Virus record (IMG/VR): IMGVR_UViG_3300012953_000013
Span: 1 to 64,000 of that record
DNA length: 64,000 nt
Origin: a virus
Strand: one strand, 5' to 3'
Numbering within the stretch: the first letter of the stretch is position 1; the number at the start of each line of letters is the position of its first letter. Positions 57,030-64,000 of the stretch are shown in pieces. The position numbers and the translations under genes are program-made. The notes beneath the pieces are model-generated. The model ran no database searches and was not told the DNA's origin. It saw only the letters and a list, made by a program, of their open reading frames with translations.

Positions 57030-57050
57030 GAAACTAAATATATCTCTAAG

Positions 57051-57704
57051 CTATTTCTTTCTCAAGTTCTTCTTTCGGATCTTCTTCCGCTTTTTAATCT
57101 CTTGAGCTGACAGATGAGATTTTTTCTTCACTCGGCCAATCGAGGGTTTATCTAAACCATCCATTTCTCTTTGCTTTCTAGCAGAACGCAAGATCTGTTT
57201 TCTAATCTTCCTCTTATACATATCAGCTGAAAACTTGTTGGCCCTGTCAAAAATCGTCTTGCCATCTAAATGATCAGCTTCGTGCTGAACCGCTAAAGAA
57301 AGTGGCGGCTCTAGATCTATTTTTTTTCTTTCTCCAGAAATATTATCGTATTCCAAAGTTATATTTTCGTGTCTTGTAACGCTTAGTTTCGCTAAAGGAA
57401 CAGAAAGACAGGCTTCTTGCCATTTCCACTCTCCTTCTTCATTACTAAACTCAGGATTTGCTATAACCCAAAAATTTGAGTCTCCTATCTCAGCATCAGG
57501 ATTAACAGCGTCAAACCTAGATGTGTCGATAACAAAAACTCTCTTGGAGATATTAACCTGGGGAGCTGCTAAGCCAGCACCGGGGATAATCTTAAGTGTA
57601 TCTATTAAGTCTGTAGAAATCCACTTGATCTCTTCAAGATCCGCTGTTTCGGCTTTTTTACTCAAGCATTTAGCCGGCCACTGTTTAATAGTTCTAAAAG
57701 GCAT
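57051..57704 (-). CDS. def: Peptide deformylase with basic C-terminal extension
   Basis: GAGLAAPQV, EACLSVP, QHEADHLDG. Confidence 0.95.
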   Translation of the reverse strand: MPFRTIKQWPAKCLSKKAETADLEEIKWISTDLIDTLKIIPGAGLAAPQVNISKRVFVIDTSRFDAVNPDAEIGDSNFWVIANPEFSNEEGEWKWQEACLSVPLAKLSVTRHENITLEYDNISGERKKIDLEPPLSLAVQHEADHLDGKTIFDRANKFSADMYKRKIRKQILRSARKQREMDGLDKPSIGRVKKKSHLSAQEIKKRKKIRKKNLRKK

Positions 57705-57874
57705 TTACTCCTCCTCGTTATCTTTTTTTGTAACTAATGGAAAGGCGCAAAGCGCGCCGTTTAAAACTGCTAAAGCTGATAGCTCCATGCTGTCAAGAGC
57801 TATACCGAAAAATAAAAGACAACAGTTTATTCCTATTGCAAAATATAATATGGATTCTGGTACTTTAAAATTCA

Positions 57875-58117
57875 TCAATGAAAATCTTCATCATCAGGCT
57901 CTTCAAACTCTATCGTAGAATTAATTGCTCCGCAAGCGCCGCACTGATAATTATTAATCTCTGTGTTAGATTCGAATATTAAATTAGCGTCACTAACCAT
58001 AGAGACAAACTGAATCCACTCTTCAAAAGTAAATTTAAGAACCAGCGATTCTCCAACTGGAAAGATGACCAAATTATTCTGGCCATCTATTACTATCCCG
58101 TTTTCTAAACTGATCAT
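57875..58117 (-). CDS. Hypothetical protein with CxxC
   Basis: YQCGACG. Confidence 0.65.
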   Translation of the reverse strand: MISLENGIVIDGQNNLVIFPVGESLVLKFTFEEWIQFVSMVSDANLIFESNTEINNYQCGACGAINSTIEFEEPDDEDFH

Positions 58118-58120
58118 ACT

Positions 58121-58507
58121 CTACTCTGGATTATCGGTTTGAGTTTTGGGAGCTGTTTTCGTTGTTCTTTTTTTACGAGGTTTTCTTTTTGAGATATCAG
58201 TTTTTTGAGCTGTACTTGTTTTTTTACGACGAGTATATTTTCTTTTTGGTTTTACAGAAGGTTTTTCTTCTGGGATTTCTTCAACTTCTATCTTTTCTAA
58301 AATCTTAGAAGGAGTTGGCTCTAAAGTAATTTGAGCTTTTTCTTCACGGACAAACAAGTGTTCCACCTCTGACTCTAGAGGTGGAACACAGTCTCCAGTA
58401 TTGATTCTAGAGAGAAGTTGCTCGTAGCTTCTAATATCCCTACTTTTAAAGTAGGAAACTAAATCTAACTTACGTATTTTTACATAGTCTTTCCAAGCAA
58501 GAGCCAT
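58121..58507 (-). CDS. Protein with Lys/Arg/Thr-rich C-terminal tail
   Basis: 128 aa; AGGAG RBS. Confidence 0.7.
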   Translation of the reverse strand: MALAWKDYVKIRKLDLVSYFKSRDIRSYEQLLSRINTGDCVPPLESEVEHLFVREEKAQITLEPTPSKILEKIEVEEIPEEKPSVKPKRKYTRRKKTSTAQKTDISKRKPRKKRTTKTAPKTQTDNPE

Positions 58508-58541
58508 TTTTTCTCCTAAGCATAATCAAAAAATCATACTA

Positions 58542-58817
58542 TTAAATATCAATATATTCATGAATGATCTCTTGTACACATGACTGAAATCTCGGATCGT
58601 TAGCCAGCTTTTGAGCATCTGGCCCACCGTATTCTTCTGTGATTGGCTTTGCAATCTTTTGCATAGCTCTCAAGAAAATATTTCTAGCGGTAGAATGATT
58701 CATATTGTGACCATCTTCTGTCATTTTTTCAGCAATTTCTCGATATCCTAAGCACCCGTCTTGGCTACTAACAGTTGCATATCCAGTTTCTACTTTATGT
58801 CCTTTTGGCATACTCAT
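58542..58817 (-). CDS. Sigma region-4.2-like helix-turn-helix protein
   Basis: LGYREIAEKMT...MNHSTARNIFLRAMQKIA aligns to TLEEVG...VTRERIRQIE.KALRKL; TAATG overlap with the sigma stop; GAGAGGTG RBS. Confidence 0.65.
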   Translation of the reverse strand: MSMPKGHKVETGYATVSSQDGCLGYREIAEKMTEDGHNMNHSTARNIFLRAMQKIAKPITEEYGGPDAQKLANDPRFQSCVQEIIHEYIDI

Positions 58818-59578
58818 TACAAACACCTCTCGTTTAGTTGTTTAAGTTCTTTTTTAGTGATTGGAAAATTTTCATGATCGTTTGGTTCTTCTTCAATTCC
58901 AAAGCGAAGCCGCACGACCAATTCTTCTCTCTTAGAAAGAGAGCCTAAAGACTGTCTAATTAGACTTGCAAGTTCTTCTCTTTCAAGCTTAGACTCCATA
59001 GACTCGCTTTCGTCTGGAATGATTTCTGAAATTCGGCGTCCGCCATCATCATTCCATGAGACTGTTGCATCGATAGAAATTGCAGGCCGAGCGCTTTTAA
59101 TAATAGAGTCCAAAGTAGACTTCTTTACGCCCAAAATATCTGCAACTTCTTCTGGAGTCGGCTCAACTCCAAACTCTTCTTCGTACTCTTCTTTGACGAC
59201 TTTCATCTTCCACAACAACCCGCGAGCGTGAGTTGGAAGTTTGATCTGTCCAGTGTTTGAAGAAACATGCTTTCGAAGTGCTTGCTTAATCCACCAAACT
59301 GCATAGGTGCTAAACTTAAAGCCCTTTCGCCAATCGAAACGATCAACAGCCTTAATAAGACCTAAACTAGACTCTTGGATAAGGTCTTCTAGTTTGCAAC
59401 CAGTGTTTGTATAGTTTTTTGCTAGGCTGATTGCTAGCCGAAGATTGGCTTCAATCATGTGATTTCTAGCAGCTAAGTCGCCCTTTTCAATTCTTTGAGC
59501 TAGCTCAACTTCTTGCGATTTAGTAAGAAGATCTCTCTTTCCTACTTCTTTGAAAAATGAAGATAATTCATTACTCAT
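58817..59578 (-). CDS. Sigma70-family factor (RpoD/RpoS-like regions 1.2-4.1), lacking region 4.2
   Basis: LLTKSQE, NLRLAISLAK, DLIQE..LGLIKAVDRFD..KGFKFSTYAVWWIKQA, LSKRE..VVRLRFGI, then stop without HTH. Confidence 0.9.
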   Translation of the reverse strand: MSNELSSFFKEVGKRDLLTKSQEVELAQRIEKGDLAARNHMIEANLRLAISLAKNYTNTGCKLEDLIQESSLGLIKAVDRFDWRKGFKFSTYAVWWIKQALRKHVSSNTGQIKLPTHARGLLWKMKVVKEEYEEEFGVEPTPEEVADILGVKKSTLDSIIKSARPAISIDATVSWNDDGGRRISEIIPDESESMESKLEREELASLIRQSLGSLSKREELVVRLRFGIEEEPNDHENFPITKKELKQLNERCL

Positions 59579-59620
59579 ATTTTTTCCTTGTTTTAAATGT
59601 TTAAATTGTTAATTGTTTAT

Positions 59621-59878
59621 TTATCTGCGGGTGTTCTTGCGAGGTCGCCTCCCTTCCATGAATTTTTGATGAGCTTCCTTACGAGCTCTGCGAATATTCA
59701 GCTCTCGCTGAAGATAACACAGTTCTGTTTCTAGCTTAACCCGCTTTTTATGAGAAAACTTGTTCCCATTCAGCAGCTTTCGCAGAGTGTTGTACTGGCG
59801 ATCCAGATCACCATCAGAAATACGACCGAGCTCCCTCTTTTCAGACTCCAAAGTGCACCTCCTATTCAAATTATGCAC
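59621..59878 (-). CDS. Basic helical hypothetical protein
   Basis: 85 aa; first gene of the sigma operon. Confidence 0.7.
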   Translation of the reverse strand: MHNLNRRCTLESEKRELGRISDGDLDRQYNTLRKLLNGNKFSHKKRVKLETELCYLQRELNIRRARKEAHQKFMEGRRPRKNTRR

Positions 59879-59902
59879 GTCTAAACCTCACCTTGTATAG
59901 AT

Positions 59903-59931
59903 ATTATACCACATCTAGACAACTTTTTCAC
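59903..59931 (-). promoter_or_regulatory. GTGAAA-N17-TATAAT promoter of the sigma operon
   Basis: cGTGAAAaagttgtctagatgtggTATAAT. Confidence 0.75.
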
Positions 59932-59955
59932 GAAACATCCGCATTTTTTTTATTT

Positions 59956-61530
59956 TTATTCGTCATATACTATAGAGCAACCTACTGACAGCAGAGAATT
60001 AGCTGCTGCAACAGAGTTTTCTAAAGCGCATCTCACTACTTTCTTTGGATCTATAATCCCAAGCTCTAGTAAATTTCCAAATTTTTTCTCTCTAGCATCA
60101 TATCCAACAAAATCTTCTTCTTCTAAAAGCTTGTGGATTATCAAATCAGGAGACTCTCCACAATTAACGCTAATGTTCCACGCAGGTGCTTTAATAGCCT
60201 GAAGAAGCATATTATATCCAGCATAAAAATCAGTGTCCCAAGATTTATTAGATCTTACTTTTGAAGATGCTCTCAAGAGAGCTAAGCCGCCTCCAGGAAG
60301 GATCCCTTCTTCGACAGCTGCTTGAGTGGCATGAAGGGCGTCTTCCACTCTATCTTTTTTCTCTTTTAGCTCAGTTTCAGTAGACCCGCCGACTCTTAAA
60401 ACTGCTACAGCTCCCGCAAGGTTCGATAACCTTCTTCTCAAAACATCTGTTTCATTAGAGTCTAGACTTGAAGTTTGCAACATTTTTTTAATAGCAGAAA
60501 CCCTTGATTCTATTTCATCACTCGAATCAGCAGTCACAAAAATTGATTCATGTCTACTGATTATAACTTTTTTAACTCTTCCCAATTCTTCAATTTTAGT
60601 TGGAAAATCTTCGGCTCCAGAATAAGATTTTGTGTTGAACATCAGCGATAAATCGCTCATGGTATCTACCCTAGCGTTTCCAAACTCGGGGCTTCTAATT
60701 ACACAGACTTTTAAAACTCCCTTAATTGAGTTTAAAACCAGGGCTTTCAATACTTCACCCTCAACTTCATCTGCAACTATCACCAACGGTTTACCATCTC
60801 TAGCGCAAACTTCCAAAATAGGAAGAAGATCTCCCATTGAGCTTATGACTTGGTTTGCTAAAAGAACTACAGGGTTATCTAGCTCACAAACTAATCTGTC
60901 ACTATTAGTAACAAAATACGGTGATACAAACCCCCTGTTTAACTTAAGTCCATCTACGACATCCAAGGAAGTCATAAAGCCTTTTGCTTCTTCCACTGTT
61001 ATGATGCCATCTTTTCCAACAGCATTCATAGCCCTACAAAGAAACTCGCCGATCTCTCTGTCTCCATTCGCAGAAATAGTTCCTACATTTATTATATCTT
61101 CGTCTCCCTTAACAGGACGGGACATTTTATCTAGCTTGTTTAAGACTTCATTTTTTGCTGCTATCATCCCTTCACGGACTTTTACAGCGTTGTGGCCAGA
61201 TGTGAGAAGCTTCATCCCTTCTTGGAAAAGAGCTTGAGATAAAACTGTTGCTGTGGTTGTGCCATCTCCAGCGACTTCAGCTGTTCTAGACGCAGCTTCT
61301 TTAATAAGTTGAACTCCTAAATTCTTATAAGAGTCTTTAAGGTTAATCGACCTGGCAACTGTTACACCATCTTTAGTTAAAATAGGAGGGCCATCAGCAG
61401 ATTCAATAATAACATTTTGCCCAGATGGACCCATTGTGGTTTTTACTGCGTTTGCTAGTAAATTTACACCCTCTAGTAATTCTTCTCTAGCATCGTGAGA
61501 AAAAACTAAAACCCTATTTTCATCTTTCAT
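59956..61530 (-). CDS. groEL: Chaperonin GroEL (no GGM tail)
   Basis: TMGPSGQNV, TKDGVTVA, AGDGTTTATVL, RVEDALHAT.AAVEEGILPGGG, GIIDPKKV. Confidence 0.95.
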   Translation of the reverse strand: MKDENRVLVFSHDAREELLEGVNLLANAVKTTMGPSGQNVIIESADGPPILTKDGVTVARSINLKDSYKNLGVQLIKEAASRTAEVAGDGTTTATVLSQALFQEGMKLLTSGHNAVKVREGMIAAKNEVLNKLDKMSRPVKGDEDIINVGTISANGDREIGEFLCRAMNAVGKDGIITVEEAKGFMTSLDVVDGLKLNRGFVSPYFVTNSDRLVCELDNPVVLLANQVISSMGDLLPILEVCARDGKPLVIVADEVEGEVLKALVLNSIKGVLKVCVIRSPEFGNARVDTMSDLSLMFNTKSYSGAEDFPTKIEELGRVKKVIISRHESIFVTADSSDEIESRVSAIKKMLQTSSLDSNETDVLRRRLSNLAGAVAVLRVGGSTETELKEKKDRVEDALHATQAAVEEGILPGGGLALLRASSKVRSNKSWDTDFYAGYNMLLQAIKAPAWNISVNCGESPDLIIHKLLEEEDFVGYDAREKKFGNLLELGIIDPKKVVRCALENSVAAANSLLSVGCSIVYDE

Positions 61531-61533
61531 TTA

Positions 61534-61731
61534 TTACCCCTTTAACAAAGACGGCTTAGAAGATTCTCTAAGAAGACTTGCGCCCTCTTGAATCGCTCGT
61601 TTTTCGCTAGTTATAACGTTTTCTGCGACCAATATATCTCCTGCCCAATATGCAACTTCTTCTGAAGAAATGACTCCATTCAACCTGAGATGGTCTAAAT
61701 AAATTTTTTCTAGATAATTTTGTTTGCTCAT
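61534..61731 (-). CDS. Small hypothetical protein
   Basis: 65 aa in operon. Confidence 0.65.
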   Translation of the reverse strand: MSKQNYLEKIYLDHLRLNGVISSEEVAYWAGDILVAENVITSEKRAIQEGASLLRESSKPSLLKG

Positions 61732-62558
61732 TTTAAAACTCCAAAAGTATCAACAAACTTTTTCCATGGCTTCTCTTTAATAATAGAGTTAAAGCCAAAA
61801 TTAGTAAATTGATTTAAAACCCTATCAATATTAAAACAATTTTCTGACTTCTGTATAAGGTTTTCATCTTCTATATCATGAAATTTAATCATAAAAATAT
61901 TATGGTTGAAGGTATCATTTCTTGAAGGGTCTTTTGATAAAAATTCGTTTAGCAACTCTGGATCTTTCGTCATCTTAAGAGCGGTTTTATCTCCAACCCC
62001 CTTAAACCCTTGAATGTTATCAGAACTATCTCCTCGCAAAGCTTTCCAAACGACATAATCAAAATCTGGAGGCTCTACAAAACTCTTTTTAACAGGGTTA
62101 TAGACTTGAATATTACTATGCTCAGAAAAAACCTGGTGAAAATCAGTGTCTGTAGAGACTATAATAACTTCATCTTCTGAGTGGTCTTTATATGCTACAT
62201 GGGCAATAATGTCGTCGCACTCATAGTTAGGGTGTTTTAAGACAGTGATAGGAAAATCATTAATAAGAGCGTTAATAATCTCACGTTTTTGATTTGAATA
62301 ATTTTCGTCTACTTCGTATTCTCTAGTTCCTTTATAGTCAGGCGCTGCTTCTAATCTTGCTTTCGGGCTTCCCTCTAAAACAAAATAAGCTTTTTCAGCA
62401 TCTAGATCCTCTATCAATTTCCTAAGAGATCTAAAAAAATTGTATGTTATTGTGTGAGGGCCTTGCTTTTGCCACCGGGCAGAAAACTTAGCTCTATAAA
62501 GTAAATTGTAGCCATCTAAAATAACTACTCTAGTCTTTGAGTCTTGCGACACGGCCAT
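61728..62558 (-). CDS. 5'-3' exonuclease / RNase H (FEN/PolA N-terminal type)
   Basis: LDGYNLLYRA, YKGTR, ECDDII, STDTDF, ALRGDSSDNIQGFKGVGDKTA. Confidence 0.92.
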   Translation of the reverse strand: MAVSQDSKTRVVILDGYNLLYRAKFSARWQKQGPHTITYNFFRSLRKLIEDLDAEKAYFVLEGSPKARLEAAPDYKGTREYEVDENYSNQKREIINALINDFPITVLKHPNYECDDIIAHVAYKDHSEDEVIIVSTDTDFHQVFSEHSNIQVYNPVKKSFVEPPDFDYVVWKALRGDSSDNIQGFKGVGDKTALKMTKDPELLNEFLSKDPSRNDTFNHNIFMIKFHDIEDENLIQKSENCFNIDRVLNQFTNFGFNSIIKEKPWKKFVDTFGVLK

Positions 62559-62940
62559 CTCCTAAGTCTACTAAAGTACTGTTGCCTGATTGATTTTCAA
62601 TAGGAGAATCAGAACTGGCTTTCTTTTTTGCTATCATCATAGGAGCAGCTGTTTCTCCCCATTTCTCTATAGCTTCATTCGTGGCTTTTTCAACCAAAGA
62701 ATTTATGTTGATTTTAAGCGTTTGAAAAAGGTGGTCTTTCACTTTTTCAGGATTGTCGAAAATAGACCCTTCAAAATCTGAAAGATTTAACAAAGAAGAA
62801 GCGCCAGGAACTTCTACATAAAAATACTCTTCTTCACCAGCTATAGTTTTCTTAGTTACTTGCTCAAAAACTCTAGCTGGAAGTACAGCATTTCTTTGCG
62901 GATCTAAAAGATAAATAACTTGGCCTACATTATACTGCAT
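62530..62940 (-). CDS. Hypothetical protein with GDLV-like N-terminus
   Basis: YNVGQVIYL; GAGGTG RBS. Confidence 0.7.
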   Translation of the reverse strand: MQYNVGQVIYLLDPQRNAVLPARVFEQVTKKTIAGEEEYFYVEVPGASSLLNLSDFEGSIFDNPEKVKDHLFQTLKININSLVEKATNEAIEKWGETAAPMMIAKKKASSDSPIENQSGNSTLVDLGDGRVARLKD

Positions 62941-62988
62941 AAAATCACCTCTTTACTAAAAACTATCTAAAAACCTAAAAAAGTACAG

Positions 62989-63645
62989 TTAAACTTTTTC
63001 TAATGAAATTGAATAGCTTGCAGGGTTAGATTGCCAATACTCTAAAGATTTCTTAGCCATTTTTTCTTCATACAGAGTTTCAGCAGCAAGTAGCTTGGCT
63101 TTAGCCTTTAAGATAAACTGCTCATTTCTATTTTCGATTTTTCCCACTAGAGGAGTACATCTTTCGATGCAGTTTCTCACCAAGAGTCTAGACTTTCCTC
63201 TAGAGCCTGGAGCTGGAGGTTTAAAATCAGAAACAGTCAAATCTTTAAAATAAAAAACTGCGAAGTTTTCGAAATATTCATCGCAGCAAACATAAAGAAA
63301 ATCGCAACTACCTTTACGCTCTAGCGTTGCGTAATCTGCTTGAAAAGCCCATGATCCGCCCTTCCTCTTCGTAGTTATCTTACACTCTAGTTCTTTGTTG
63401 ATTTCGGGAACTAAAATATCTGGTTGTCCCGTCCGTCCGTCAGAAATAGCGGTGCTAAACCGCTTTTGAATTTCTTGGCAGAAAAATACTTCTTGGGGAC
63501 GAGACATTAAGATGTTTCTGCGACCCAAGTCTTGATAAAAATCTAGATCATAATCACAGTGAACAGACTCTAAGTCCTTATGGAACTTCTTCATTTTTTC
63601 GATAGCACTTTTTGCCATCTGCGCATTTAAATAATGCATACACAC
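62989..63645 (-). CDS. PD-(D/E)xK nuclease-fold protein
   Basis: GQPDILV...ELECK. Confidence 0.55.
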   Translation of the reverse strand: MCMHYLNAQMAKSAIEKMKKFHKDLESVHCDYDLDFYQDLGRRNILMSRPQEVFFCQEIQKRFSTAISDGRTGQPDILVPEINKELECKITTKRKGGSWAFQADYATLERKGSCDFLYVCCDEYFENFAVFYFKDLTVSDFKPPAPGSRGKSRLLVRNCIERCTPLVGKIENRNEQFILKAKAKLLAAETLYEEKMAKKSLEYWQSNPASYSISLEKV

Positions 63646-63662
63646 CTCCTAACGATATGTTT

Positions 63663-63691
63663 ATTATATCATAGTCGAGGGTATTTTTCAC
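63663..63691 (-). promoter_or_regulatory. GTGAAA-N17-TATAAT promoter
   Basis: cGTGAAAaataccctcgactatgaTATAAT. Confidence 0.7.
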
Positions 63692-63699
63692 GCTTTTAT

Positions 63700-63951
63700 T
63701 TAATTATTTTCCATTTTGTTTCTGACACTTTCGGTTATTTTCTGCCCTTTTGAAACTGCTTCTTGAAGAGGCTCAAGACCAAGAGCAATCCTCACCTTAT
63801 CATAAGATGCGGCATCAAATTTTTCTTTTAAAACAGATAAATCGGCATACTGATGCAGATCGAGCTGAACTACTGGAACTGGGTCTCCGTCTAGTCCGGG
63901 CTCAAATTCTCCAGTTTCTCTAGACTCAAAAACAAAAAGCATTTTTGGCAT
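63700..63951 (-). CDS. Hypothetical protein
   Basis: 83 aa. Confidence 0.7.
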   Translation of the reverse strand: MPKMLFVFESRETGEFEPGLDGDPVPVVQLDLHQYADLSVLKEKFDAASYDKVRIALGLEPLQEAVSKGQKITESVRNKMENN

Positions 63952-64000
63952 CTCTTGTTCTTGCGGTACTTGAATAAATGGGATATGCGAGCTTATTCCA

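Noticed and set aside
57705-57860. Hydrophobic open frame between def and the 57875 ORF
   Set aside because: No ATG/GTG/TTG start before the hydrophobic segment; not called
61534-61731. GroES upstream of groEL
   Set aside because: No PLxDRV, mobile-loop or GxVxAVG motifs

Overview
AT-rich, densely packed 64 kb segment with almost all genes on the minus strand. It is best read as part of a jumbo/huge bacteriophage genome. This is an inference: the window has no capsid, terminase or portal gene. It does have 9 tRNAs, a tmRNA, host-like chaperones (DnaK, DnaJ, GroEL, Hsp20, FKBP), a sigma70-type factor, an ATP-dependent DNA ligase, a 5'-3' exonuclease, auxiliary metabolic genes (ahcY, pckA, IMPDH-like, cysteine synthase, def, tilS, MgtC) and dozens of small ORFans. 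MopE-type Cys/Asp repeats, many lipoproteins and a GC-rich block hint at a GC-rich host, possibly Myxococcota-like. The most unusual observations are six. (1) A 10 kb array of 21 unrelated ORFs shares an N-terminal peptide MKI(T/S)(K/R)RQL(R/K)RII(K/R)E, a candidate capsid-targeting and protease-cleavage tag; one tagged ORF is a (p)ppGpp-hydrolase-like HD protein. (2) The sigma70 appears split: the -35-reading region 4.2 helix-turn-helix is in a separate, translationally coupled ORF, and a repeated non-canonical GTGAAA-N17-TATAAT promoter occurs in the window. (3) A circularly permuted patatin-like phospholipase. (4) A ~710 nt structured non-coding RNA bounded by its own promoter and terminator. 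(5) A tandem covarying RNA leader. (6) A 20-aa, 9-Cys metallothionein-like peptide just upstream of the tmRNA. All product calls come from motif recognition by eye; no database searches were run.
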